Position numbers and translations under genes: made by a program | Shown here: positions 19,651-29,162 of the stretch, in pieces | How positions within the stretch are numbered: position 1 is the first letter of the stretch | How the letters are laid out: every line of letters begins with the position of its first letter | Notes under the pieces: model-generated | Database searches by the model: none | Told to the model about the DNA's origin: nothing | The model's input: the letters and a program-made list of their open reading frames with translations, nothing else | DNA from: Promethearchaeota archaeon | Lineage (GTDB): Archaea > Asgardarchaeota > Lokiarchaeia > Sigyniarchaeales > SOKP01 | Reading direction: 5' to 3' | NCBI GenBank assembly: GCA_019058245.1 | Contig: JAHPZJ010000001.1 | Coordinates: 1 to 44,145, forward strand | DNA length: 44,145 nt

Positions 19651-20232
19651 TTAGATGTATTCATCAAACTCCCTTCGAATTTTCATATATCCAAAATCAG
19701 TAACAAATGTTCCTATAATTTCCCTAATTCTGTCAATAAAATAGAAACTATGATTAACAATATGTTTTAAATCAACAGAGTCATCAAATTCAATCGTCAA
19801 AACCGCTTTTTTTCCTGCCCATATACAAATTATTATACCTTTTGCTGAACTAATAATAGTTGATTGCAGATCTCCGTGTTCAACTTCAATTCCAACACGT
19901 TCACTTAGTGAGATAATTGCTTTTGTCATTGCCGCAACACGACTTTGATCCCACCCACCTCTAGGCCCTTCAAGTTTAAAAGCAATTGGAATAAATGCAT
20001 CATAACTTAATAAGGAAATATTTTGTACTCCCTCAATCAACTTCAGCATATTTAAACAAGAATCAATTTTTTCTTCAAATTGAGTTTTAGTTTTAGTATA
20101 GTCTTTTTTAGACCACCTTGCTAGCGTTGTTTGACTTACCTTAAACTCATTTTGAGTTTCCTCATATGTATGATTTTTTAAATATTCCAATATTTTTTGC
20201 TTTTCTTCTCTTGAATATCGTTTTCCTTGCAC
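19651..20232 (-). CDS. N-terminal HTH fused to a Roadblock/LC7 domain
   Basis: KRYSREEKQKIL..FKVSQTTLARW (HTH). RVAAMTKAIISLSERVGIEVEHGDLQSTIISSAKG (Roadblock). Confidence 0.8.
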   Translation of the reverse strand: MQGKRYSREEKQKILEYLKNHTYEETQNEFKVSQTTLARWSKKDYTKTKTQFEEKIDSCLNMLKLIEGVQNISLLSYDAFIPIAFKLEGPRGGWDQSRVAAMTKAIISLSERVGIEVEHGDLQSTIISSAKGIIICIWAGKKAVLTIEFDDSVDLKHIVNHSFYFIDRIREIIGTFVTDFGYMKIRREFDEYI

Positions 20233-20299
20233 TTTGGATCACTGATAATATTAAGGAAGTATTAGTATATAAAATTATCTATTTGGAAATTGAAGATAA

Positions 20300-20352
20300 A
20301 GTGTTAGTAAAAGTTAGTAAACGATAAAAAAAATACAAAATAGTGTTAGTAA
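20300..20352. repeat. Three direct GTTAGTAA repeats upstream of the HTH-Roadblock gene
   Basis: AGTGTTAGTAA at 20300 and 20342, AAGTTAGTAA at 20311. Confidence 0.5.
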
Positions 20353-20493
20353 CTGATAATTGACACCTAAATGCCCAAATAATGGATCTACACAAAAACT
20401 TTTAAATTTAATTAGAGGAAATCTTTCAGATATACAAAATATTATTATTTCTCATAGAAAGGTAAGAGAAAATAAGGCTTAAATTTTGTGAAA

Positions 20494-21156
20494 TTATAAA
20501 AATTCATTAATCCTTTTATTTCGAAATCGTTTTTCTACACCGTGTCTCATCCCTGGTAGTTCAAAACATTTATCAGGAATCATACGTTTAAAATAACTTT
20601 TGTTTTCTCTTTCAGAAATAAATTGAGATTTATAAAGAGTTTCGAAGATTTCTTTACCAGAAAATTGGATATCATCAAAATAAGGAATAACTGGTCGATT
20701 TTTACTAACCTTTTCTACAACACTTTTTAGAGGAGCATCAATCTCTTGAATTGTTCCTTTTTCATTAATAACACCAGTTTTACAGGAATATTCATTATAT
20801 AAACAAATTATACATTGGGGCCATCTTTCATGAAAATAATTTAAAACTGAATCCAATACTTTATGTTTGAGTAGTACAACTCCAAATAGTACTCCCCGAT
20901 TATTTATTTCAGTTCGAGTAAATTGTTTAGCTCGATATGCTTCAGTAGTTACCTCTCTCATCATTCTATTTATCTTTTTTGCGAATGGAGTTCCTGAATT
21001 GCGTAAAATGACTTCTGGTATATTTTTAACCTGGTCGATAAGATAAGGTGAAAATTTACAATGTCGAGGCAATTTATCTATTATTTCTCTATACGAATGA
21101 CCCTTTGCACGTCCAATAATTTCTAAAGGATCCTTTTTAATTGTTGAGTTTTTCAT
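20494..21156 (-). CDS. DUF4130-like DNA metabolism protein
   Basis: EAYRAKQFTR, HKVLD..YF.ERWP, ISEREN...KRMIP. 4-bp overlap with the radical SAM gene. Confidence 0.75.
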   Translation of the reverse strand: MKNSTIKKDPLEIIGRAKGHSYREIIDKLPRHCKFSPYLIDQVKNIPEVILRNSGTPFAKKINRMMREVTTEAYRAKQFTRTEINNRGVLFGVVLLKHKVLDSVLNYFHERWPQCIICLYNEYSCKTGVINEKGTIQEIDAPLKSVVEKVSKNRPVIPYFDDIQFSGKEIFETLYKSQFISERENKSYFKRMIPDKCFELPGMRHGVEKRFRNKRINEFL

Positions 21157-22493
21157 ATCATTTCCTCCTGTGGAGCACTATTGTTATCTTGGTAAATAAA
21201 ATTTTGTAGAGTAGTTTGATTTTTTCCATTTATTAATAGGTAAGGCTCAGCTCGTTTCAATACAACACCAACAGATTTTAGATCTTGGCGACGTCTAAAT
21301 TTAAATTTTTTAGATCGCAAATTGATTATCCTTTTAGCTGAAATTGGACCAATCCCAGGAACCCTTAGTAAATCGCTATAAGATGCTTGGTTTGGATCTA
21401 CTAATCCATGATCTTTAAAATATAGTCTTGCTAAGTGAATTTTTGGATCTCCAATAGGTAAATTATCATCTTCAATTAATATTTCTTTCAAATCCTTTAG
21501 TTTATAATGGTAAATTCGTAATAACCAATCACTTTGATATAGTCGATGCTCTCTTGCTAATGGTGCTGCTTGTTTACATGCAAGGGGTGTTCCTTCTATT
21601 GGAATGAAAGAAGAAAAATAAGCTCGCCTAAGATCAACTTCTTTATATCCCCAATCAATCCTTTTTAGTAAATCATAATCACTCTCATTTTCAGCAGCTC
21701 CAACTACAAACTGGGTTGTTTGTCCGCTATTTAGAATTGGTGCTCCATCCCATCTAAATTTTTTATACCCATTATTTCTTCTATCTTTAATCATTTTTTC
21801 TTGATATTTTAACTGAGCATCCTGTTTTAAATCTTTAATAACTTTAAGCGTTTCATCATTATGCTTGATACGAATTTCTTTTAACCAGCGTTGACGCATA
21901 ATTATATCGTTCTTAAAATCTTTTTGTTCCGCAATTTCAGCCAAATAATCTTTAGTAGATGCTTCTGTATTAATGGATATACGATCTGATAAACTTATTG
22001 CTTCCTTAAGAAGATATTGACTAACACCGGGTAAACACTTAAAATGTACATAACCCTGAAAATTATATTTAAATCGGAGAAGCTTAATTGCTTCTAACAT
22101 TTCTTCCGTGGTATCATCAGCGCTACCACAAACCCCAGATGAGATGAATACACCCTCAACTACATTCATCGAATAAAGTTTCATAAATGTACGAGCATAT
22201 TCTTCTGGTGTAAAACTCAATTTCTTCTTACAATTATGTGAGAAGCAATATTTACAATTATATATGCACTTATTAGTGTATAAAGTTTTGAAAAGACTCA
22301 TGCATCGACCATCTGGAGTATAACTATGGCAAATTCCAGCACTTGCTGTTGTACCTATCCAATTTTTGGAATCTCCAAAAAGTTTTGGATACTTATCTGT
22401 ACGACTGGAAGCAGTACTGGCACATATATCATACTTAGAATTTTCTCCCAATACTCGAATCTTTTCTAAGACAGAAGGCACTTTGATCAACAA
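21153..22493 (-). CDS. Putative DNA modification/repair radical SAM protein with HhH (TIGR03916-like)
   Basis: KYDIC, GICHSYTPDGRC, CIYNCKYC, REHRLYQSDWLLRIY, LLRVPGIGP. Confidence 0.92.
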   Translation of the reverse strand: MLIKVPSVLEKIRVLGENSKYDICASTASSRTDKYPKLFGDSKNWIGTTASAGICHSYTPDGRCMSLFKTLYTNKCIYNCKYCFSHNCKKKLSFTPEEYARTFMKLYSMNVVEGVFISSGVCGSADDTTEEMLEAIKLLRFKYNFQGYVHFKCLPGVSQYLLKEAISLSDRISINTEASTKDYLAEIAEQKDFKNDIIMRQRWLKEIRIKHNDETLKVIKDLKQDAQLKYQEKMIKDRRNNGYKKFRWDGAPILNSGQTTQFVVGAAENESDYDLLKRIDWGYKEVDLRRAYFSSFIPIEGTPLACKQAAPLAREHRLYQSDWLLRIYHYKLKDLKEILIEDDNLPIGDPKIHLARLYFKDHGLVDPNQASYSDLLRVPGIGPISAKRIINLRSKKFKFRRRQDLKSVGVVLKRAEPYLLINGKNQTTLQNFIYQDNNSAPQEEMI

Positions 22494-22775
22494 AAAAATA
22501 ATTACTTCTTACAGTGTATATATTTAATCTTTAGGATTTAACTTATAAAAAGAAGGGGGACATTGAATTATCAAAAAAAAATAATAAAAAAAGAATTTCC
22601 TATTTACTTTTGATTTTTTATATCTTTTAGTAGATTCCTCCTTACTTTTCTAAAATTTTCTCTCTTTTCAGCAAAAGCAGGAATATCTCCATGAGGGGGC
22701 TCATAAGAATCCATTTTCATTCGAAAATGTGTACGAATGATATACGTAGAATGACAGTAGTATTTTTTATTATTG

Positions 22776-24290
22776 CTATTCTCTCGAATAAATTGAATAC
22801 CCTTTATCTAATTTTTCTTTTAATTCAATGGGTAGGCCAAATTTTTTAGTATAGAAGTTAAATATCAAACCATCAATCAATTTTTGTTCTTTTACATAAT
22901 CATAGTTTAGGTTTTTCTCTAGATTTTTAATGATAGATGATACTAAGGTTTCAATTTTTTCTTGAATCTCTTTTTCTGGTTTAATAAAGGGTAGGGCATT
23001 AATTCCTGTAATTTGAATACTACTGGTATTATTTATAATCCCCTTTGCCAAATAATTATATAAAGAACTGTTTAGCAAACCTAAAATATATTGAATTGAA
23101 ACGGATTTATTTTTAATTATAAATCCAATAGCTTTATTAGAATCCCAATAACATCCTTCTGGCATATAACGAACAGCTAATTTTGAACTTACTCCGCTAA
23201 TTATAATACCTTCTTTTTCAAATGGTACATTTTTTGGAATATCGTAATTTTTTTTTGATTCTGTTTTCCAATCCAATGCTTCCATTATTGGTCTATAATA
23301 TTGATCTGCACCACCTCTTTTTAAATAAGGTTTCCACTGATAAGAATCTAAATTATCACGAGAAATTATTCTGTATTTTTTATCCAGATTTTTAATTTTT
23401 TCATTTCGCTTCTTAAAGACTTCTGCAAGTCTTGTATCATCAATTGCAGCTATAAATTTTTTATTATTATGAGTATGCATCCCAATAAACCCCTGTATAT
23501 AATTATTCAATTTAGGGCTCTTTTCAAATAGATCAAGGATTTCTTCTTCAATATCAGTAAAAAATATGTTATAAGATAAAGAATTATATTTTTCTTGTCT
23601 TATTTCATTAATAATAGAGGGATTATAATAATTATCTTCGCTATTAATCCGAGGAATTATTCTCATAATGTTATTTTCTCTAAAATTTTTATTTTTTTGA
23701 CCAGAGTACTTTGATAAAATAATTATTACTGGACTAGTACTTACTTTTTGATTAGAAAACAAATTTTTAGGAGCTAAAAGAATTTCATTAATTTTGCAAT
23801 TATTAAGAATAAATTTCCTTAACTTTTTATGAGTGCTTAGAGTTAGAAATGAATCGCTTGTTATAAAACCTAATTTTCCTCCTTCTTTTAATCTCCAAAT
23901 ACTATTAATAATAAACATAGCATATGTTTCATGAGCGTTAATTCTCCCATAAATTTTTTTGAGTTTATTTTTGTGTTTGCGTACATAAGCACTAGCTTTA
24001 TTTAGATATGGCGGATTTCCGATAATAAAATCAAATTCATTATAAGAATCAGGATATAATGCTATAAGAGAATCCTGTTTTTTAGTTGTAATCCCTAATT
24101 TTTCAATGTCAACTAAAAAGTTAGAATTTATATCGTATGCGAATATTTGGGACTTATCTATTCCATTCTCTATTAATTTTTTTACAAAAATCCCCGGTCC
24201 GACGCAAGGATCTAAGATTTTCTGTCCATTCTTTATTTCCCCAATCCTTGATAATATATATTCAACCGTCTTAGGGGGAGTAACAACCAC
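22776..24290 (-). CDS. N6-adenine DNA methyltransferase (TaqI-like, gamma class); true start probably a few codons upstream
   Basis: TP, LDPCVGPGIF, IIGNPPY, LKEGGKLGFI, C-terminal YILGLLNS. Confidence 0.88.
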   Translation of the reverse strand: MVVTPPKTVEYILSRIGEIKNGQKILDPCVGPGIFVKKLIENGIDKSQIFAYDINSNFLVDIEKLGITTKKQDSLIALYPDSYNEFDFIIGNPPYLNKASAYVRKHKNKLKKIYGRINAHETYAMFIINSIWRLKEGGKLGFITSDSFLTLSTHKKLRKFILNNCKINEILLAPKNLFSNQKVSTSPVIIILSKYSGQKNKNFRENNIMRIIPRINSEDNYYNPSIINEIRQEKYNSLSYNIFFTDIEEEILDLFEKSPKLNNYIQGFIGMHTHNNKKFIAAIDDTRLAEVFKKRNEKIKNLDKKYRIISRDNLDSYQWKPYLKRGGADQYYRPIMEALDWKTESKKNYDIPKNVPFEKEGIIISGVSSKLAVRYMPEGCYWDSNKAIGFIIKNKSVSIQYILGLLNSSLYNYLAKGIINNTSSIQITGINALPFIKPEKEIQEKIETLVSSIIKNLEKNLNYDYVKEQKLIDGLIFNFYTKKFGLPIELKEKLDKGYSIYSRE

Positions 24291-24336
24291 ACCTAATTCT
24301 TTCCTATTAAACTCGATTAAAAATCCACACTCTGTA

Positions 24337-25491
24337 TTATTTTTTTAAATTCATATCGACTTCACTTAATAGGATAGTATAAAAATGACATAGTTTTTTT
24401 ATAACCCCTGTGTCAATTTTATCCATATCATCATTAACAGAATGTACATACTTATATGAGGTTTTATCACCATTTCCTAAACCTTGAAATTTTTTATTAC
24501 GAAGAAATAATCCATCACTGTATGTACCAATGTAAAATCTTCTTGCTTTTTCTAAACTCATTATATTATTATTTTCTAAAATATAATTAAGAGCTTTAGT
24601 ATTATTATTTGTGAGGAGACCATGATCCCATAGGATTACTTGATTTGCTATTGAATCAAAATTGATTATGTAGGTCTTTTCTCTATCAAAATTTTTTATA
24701 TTTTTATAGAAATTTCTTATTCCCATAGTACCAGATTCTTCTGCACCAGTAAATACAAAACAAAGATTGTAATTTTTAAGCCTATTTTTCGGATATGAAT
24801 AATAATATAGTAATTCTAAGACAATTGATAATCCTGATGCATTATCGATTGCTCCTTTAGATTTATTATTAGTTATATTTAACCATAATATTAAAGATGC
24901 CATACAATTAATTATTAAGATAATAATTGAAAAGCTATATAATAATATAAAATCCTCAATTGATACAAAAAAATTGAAAATGATTAATAAAAGACTCAAA
25001 GGGAATGAAATTAACCATGCATAATATAATAGAATACGAAATTTTATTGAAAATGTTTGTCCTTTTGAATCTAAATGTGAAAAAAAGAAAATATTATGAT
25101 TTGAATCCTTAATTGTAGGTTGGGAATTTATTGTTATATATAGGTTTTGAGAATGATATTTTTTTCCTAATTTTATTTTCTCAGGATTCCTTGTGAGTAA
25201 AATAAGAATAGAAATTGAAATCAAAATTAATAAAAGATTAACTAATGTAAACGTTATATTGATATTTAAAAATAAAACCAAAAGTAGCCAACTTAATAAT
25301 GTTAAAGAAATTTTAGGATAAATCCTTGAATAAAACGCACTATATGAAAATTCTTGAACAATTGGGGCAAGATTAATATTATCTATCTTCTTTTTAGTAA
25401 TATTGAAACATTTCCTCTCATATTTAGTTCCTGATAACCTTGGAAAAGACAATTCTTCTAAATTATCTCTTATACGTGTTTCATGAATCAT
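24337..25491 (-). CDS. M28 family metallopeptidase with inserted TM segments (paralogue of 11137..12426)
   Basis: FPRLSGT, SHLDSK, GAIDNASG, GAEESGTMG, NFD, HSVNDD. Confidence 0.88.
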   Translation of the reverse strand: MIHETRIRDNLEELSFPRLSGTKYERKCFNITKKKIDNINLAPIVQEFSYSAFYSRIYPKISLTLLSWLLLVLFLNINITFTLVNLLLILISISILILLTRNPEKIKLGKKYHSQNLYITINSQPTIKDSNHNIFFFSHLDSKGQTFSIKFRILLYYAWLISFPLSLLLIIFNFFVSIEDFILLYSFSIIILIINCMASLILWLNITNNKSKGAIDNASGLSIVLELLYYYSYPKNRLKNYNLCFVFTGAEESGTMGIRNFYKNIKNFDREKTYIINFDSIANQVILWDHGLLTNNNTKALNYILENNNIMSLEKARRFYIGTYSDGLFLRNKKFQGLGNGDKTSYKYVHSVNDDMDKIDTGVIKKLCHFYTILLSEVDMNLKK

Positions 25492-25717
25492 AATTGATAA
25501 TATTATAGTAATTATAATACATATTTTTCAAAACTTATGATTTTTTTATATTCAAAAATTCTGTCTCTTATAAAATTCTTTTAGTTTATTAGAATAAATA
25601 CTTATTATGAAAATAAGAAATTTAATAATGACTTATTAAAAAGAATAACAATAAAGTTTCTTAATAAAGATATTGTTAATTCTAATTTTTTTAGGTATTT
25701 CAATCAATTAGTATACT

Positions 25718-26737
25718 TTAATTGAATAGAGTCTTAAGAAATTCATTTAAAAAATGCTCTAAAATATTTTTTAGATCTTTAATCCAAGCAGATCCATCTA
25801 ATTTTTTGATTTTATTTGAACTTTTATATTGGCTCAAGGTAGAAAAAATATCGGATTTTAGGGTTTCTATAGTTTTAATATTCTTAAACTCCTCAGTCAA
25901 ACCAGAATATATATGATCTACTAAATTTTTTATTAAAGTTTCTTCAAATTCTTCGAATCTATATATTACACCAATTTGAAAATAAGATGATAAAAATTGC
26001 TCAATTGACATTTCAAGCTCTCTTTTTTGAATTTTATTCTTATTGAAACAATAAAACTTTATTAACCTCTCTATCATCGTTCCATCAAATATGGTTTTTT
26101 TTGGATGTATAAAATTTTTTTGTCTCATTGTTCTTGTTAAATTTTTTGATTTTGACACCGCTACTTCATTATAATCATTTTGAATTATCTCTGATAATCC
26201 AGAACGTATTGTAAATAAGTTTGTATTAATTTTTTTATTGTTATAAAAAATTGTTGGGACATTTACTTTATTTTTTTCAAGAATTTCATTTAACCATAGA
26301 GAATCTTTATCGAATGGTGAGAAGAATATTTCATAAAGAGCGCTAAATTCAAACTCTTTCATATCTTTTTTAAATATGTTTCGTATATATTCATCATATT
26401 CAAGAAAAAATAGAGAAATACAGTCATCAATAGCAGTATGGTAGTCTGTATATTGTTCTTTAATAAGATGTTTTTTATATTCTGATCTGAATTGATGGGC
26501 CCGAATCCACTCAAAAGCAAGATCTAATACTTGTTTTTCATTGATAATTTTACTCTTATAGTAGTTAATGATCTCTACTACCTCCAAAGTTGAATTTCTT
26601 ATTGACTGATTAACAAGAAATTCTGCTATAATTTCAACTGGCGTTAACGAATTGGATTGACTTTTTATTCTCTCATAATAACTTAATAAACGTTTTTTAT
26701 CAATCTTTAGAGCATGTTCAAAGTTTTTTTTTTCCAA
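25718..26737 (-). CDS. Hypothetical protein, probably helical
   Basis: 339-aa ORF in AT-rich DNA, no motif recognised. Confidence 0.7.
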   Translation of the reverse strand: MEKKNFEHALKIDKKRLLSYYERIKSQSNSLTPVEIIAEFLVNQSIRNSTLEVVEIINYYKSKIINEKQVLDLAFEWIRAHQFRSEYKKHLIKEQYTDYHTAIDDCISLFFLEYDEYIRNIFKKDMKEFEFSALYEIFFSPFDKDSLWLNEILEKNKVNVPTIFYNNKKINTNLFTIRSGLSEIIQNDYNEVAVSKSKNLTRTMRQKNFIHPKKTIFDGTMIERLIKFYCFNKNKIQKRELEMSIEQFLSSYFQIGVIYRFEEFEETLIKNLVDHIYSGLTEEFKNIKTIETLKSDIFSTLSQYKSSNKIKKLDGSAWIKDLKNILEHFLNEFLKTLFN

Positions 26738-26763
26738 AGTATTTACATTCTTTTAATTTTTAT

Positions 26764-27798
26764 TCAATTTTTAACATCAAGAACACTTTGTATTTTTGAA
26801 AGAGAAATTTGGGAATTTAGGTTCCATTTTTTAAACGGATTAATATTTGGATTAATTTCTATCAATGTTTCTTCGAAATTTTTATTTTTATCTAAAATTA
26901 ATCTAATTTTTTGCTTATAAAATATTAAGTCATTTGAATCCTTACTGTTAATTTCATTATTAATTAAAATCATACCATAGCTTTTTTTTTCATCGTTATT
27001 AATTGAAAATTCTTCCAAATATAAAACCTTCTTATTCTTACAGCTTAAATCAATCAATCTTATACTAGGATGAATATTCATCTTATTAAATAATCTTAAT
27101 GCCTCGACAATTCGGTCTTCATAATAGTCTGGTAATATTGCCATGACATAATAAGATGGAATTGATGATCGATATTTATCCTTCAAAGGATTATCAGAAT
27201 CAAAAGTGTATAGATTAGATACTTTTAAATCCTCAGAGTCAATTCGTTCTATTATTCCTATACAATAATAATTCTGTTTCTCATTCCAATACATCTTTCT
27301 AGCTGAACCAAGAGAATGTTCAATTAGGTTTATGCCTCTTGTTAATTCAACATCAATAAAATTGTTAAAATTAAATTCATTTCTATTTATACTTTCATTT
27401 ACAATTTTTCCTTGTAAAATACTCGGATGAATATATTTAATCAATTTATAGTAAATTAAGTTGATATCTTCCGTATAAGGTGAACCAATTATTGTGAACA
27501 GATTTGTTCTAATCCCATCAGAAAATTTTGAAGAATTAAGACATATAAAAGATTGAATTATTTCACTTTCAGTAATCTTTTTATATGAAGTCAAAGTTGA
27601 CTCCACTCTATTTAGTGTCCACTCCTTCTCTTTAATTAATCCCTCTGCCAGAAGTAAAGGTCCAAGAAACTTTAACGAGAGAGTTCTAATCATAGATTTA
27701 CGTTCATTAGATAAAGGCTCATAATATTTTATTTTATCAAAGACTCGTTTTTCTTCGTCAGAATAGAATAAGCATAGAATTAAGTTTTTATCCTGCAT
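26764..27798 (-). CDS. Hypothetical alpha/beta protein
   Basis: 344-aa ORF with ATG start, 26 bp upstream of the next gene. Confidence 0.7.
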   Translation of the reverse strand: MQDKNLILCLFYSDEEKRVFDKIKYYEPLSNERKSMIRTLSLKFLGPLLLAEGLIKEKEWTLNRVESTLTSYKKITESEIIQSFICLNSSKFSDGIRTNLFTIIGSPYTEDINLIYYKLIKYIHPSILQGKIVNESINRNEFNFNNFIDVELTRGINLIEHSLGSARKMYWNEKQNYYCIGIIERIDSEDLKVSNLYTFDSDNPLKDKYRSSIPSYYVMAILPDYYEDRIVEALRLFNKMNIHPSIRLIDLSCKNKKVLYLEEFSINNDEKKSYGMILINNEINSKDSNDLIFYKQKIRLILDKNKNFEETLIEINPNINPFKKWNLNSQISLSKIQSVLDVKN

Positions 27799-28024
27799 CT
27801 AATTTTACTTTTCCAGAGTAACTTTATTTTATAAGTTTTACTAAGAAATTTCAGTTTAAAAATCTACTTTTATATTAGTATAATAAAGATAAAGTTATTT
27901 AAAGATAATATTCCTTTTTATCCTAACTGCTCAAATCGATTGTTGTAATTGTATTTATATCTTAAATATGAGAAATGAGAGAAACAAATTAGATGAAGTT
28001 AAGAACTTTAATTCAATAATAATT

Positions 28025-28252
28025 TTATTGTTCAATAGACTTGTAAGTATGATTCCACTCAAATATTTTTAATTCTGATAAATCAATTTCAATTATTCTA
28101 GGCCTTTTAAAATCCTGATATATAAACATGAAATTATTAAATTTGATACTATAGGCACTATAAATTTTATTTTTATCAATTTTTACAATTCGAGAAAGGC
28201 TTGATAATCTGGTTGAAATTTCTTTAATCTTTTCAAATTTCTTAACATTCAC
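28025..28252 (-). CDS. Small hypothetical protein
   Basis: 75-aa ORF with GTG start in an otherwise empty gap. Confidence 0.45.
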   Translation of the reverse strand: MNVKKFEKIKEISTRLSSLSRIVKIDKNKIYSAYSIKFNNFMFIYQDFKRPRIIEIDLSELKIFEWNHTYKSIEQ

Positions 28253-28398
28253 TTACTCTCTTAAAATTTTGCGCCTTAAAACCTTAAAAATTTAATATAT
28301 TATTAAGATTCGTAAAATTCGTAAAAATATGCTCTGTAATAAAGTCTTTAAAGTAAGAATACTTTTTTGGTTTAATAAATAAACGATAAGATACTGAA

Positions 28399-29148
28399 AT
28401 GGGTAACATTTTCACAGATCTTGGAATTGTCGGGATTACATACTTTTATGTGCTCTTAACAATTTTTATTCCCCTAATTTTGTACAAGAAAGATACTATT
28501 TCTAAATTTACAGCTAGAAAAACCATTCATATATTTGCTGGATTAGCAATATTAAGTGCACCATTCTATTTTTGGCCATTTTGGCCTACTATTATAGCAG
28601 GTACACTAACGATTTTTGTATTTTTAAGCTCAAAAGAATCAAAATTGAAGCAGTTTAAAGACTTATATGATGCAATATCTGAGGAACAAGAAGAGGGTTT
28701 AAAAAGAGCTTTTCTTCAAGGTCCTTTTTTTTATTGTCTATCAATTACATTTTTAGTTTTCATTTTTGGAATACTCGCTCCAAATCAATTCTATTTTCCA
28801 ATCGCTGGAGTATTATTAATGATTTTTGCTGATACATTAGCTTCAATTATAGGAAAACGTTGGGGAAAGATAAGTGTAAGTCTTTTTTGGACTAATTCAA
28901 AAAGAACGCTTGAGGGATCTCTCACATTCTTTATAACTGCATTGATCTTATGTTATCTATCGTTTTACCTATTTGGCACTCTTATTCCAACCTTTCAAGA
29001 AGCATTAGATATCCCTTCTGTCTTGATATATTCTCTAATTACTAGTGCTATTGCAACTGTCATCGAATTAATTTCTCCAAGCACTTATGACGATTTAACG
29101 GTTCCGATTGGAAGTACAATAACTATATATCTTTTAACGTTCCTCTAA
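28399..29148 (+). CDS. CTP-dependent polyprenol (phytol/dolichol-type) kinase
   Basis: RKTIHI, ADTLASIIGKRWG, KRTLEGS, E....DDLTVP, multiple TM segments. Confidence 0.85.
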   Translation: MGNIFTDLGIVGITYFYVLLTIFIPLILYKKDTISKFTARKTIHIFAGLAILSAPFYFWPFWPTIIAGTLTIFVFLSSKESKLKQFKDLYDAISEEQEEGLKRAFLQGPFFYCLSITFLVFIFGILAPNQFYFPIAGVLLMIFADTLASIIGKRWGKISVSLFWTNSKRTLEGSLTFFITALILCYLSFYLFGTLIPTFQEALDIPSVLIYSLITSAIATVIELISPSTYDDLTVPIGSTITIYLLTFL

Positions 29149-29162
29149 TTAAATTAAATTTA

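Noticed and set aside
19651-20232. Transposase-like HTH suggesting an IS element
   Set aside because: No catalytic transposase domain or terminal inverted repeats; the HTH is fused to Roadblock.
28270-28330. Short tandem repeats CCTTAAAA x2 and ATTCGTAAA x2
   Set aside because: Too short and AT-rich to separate from chance.
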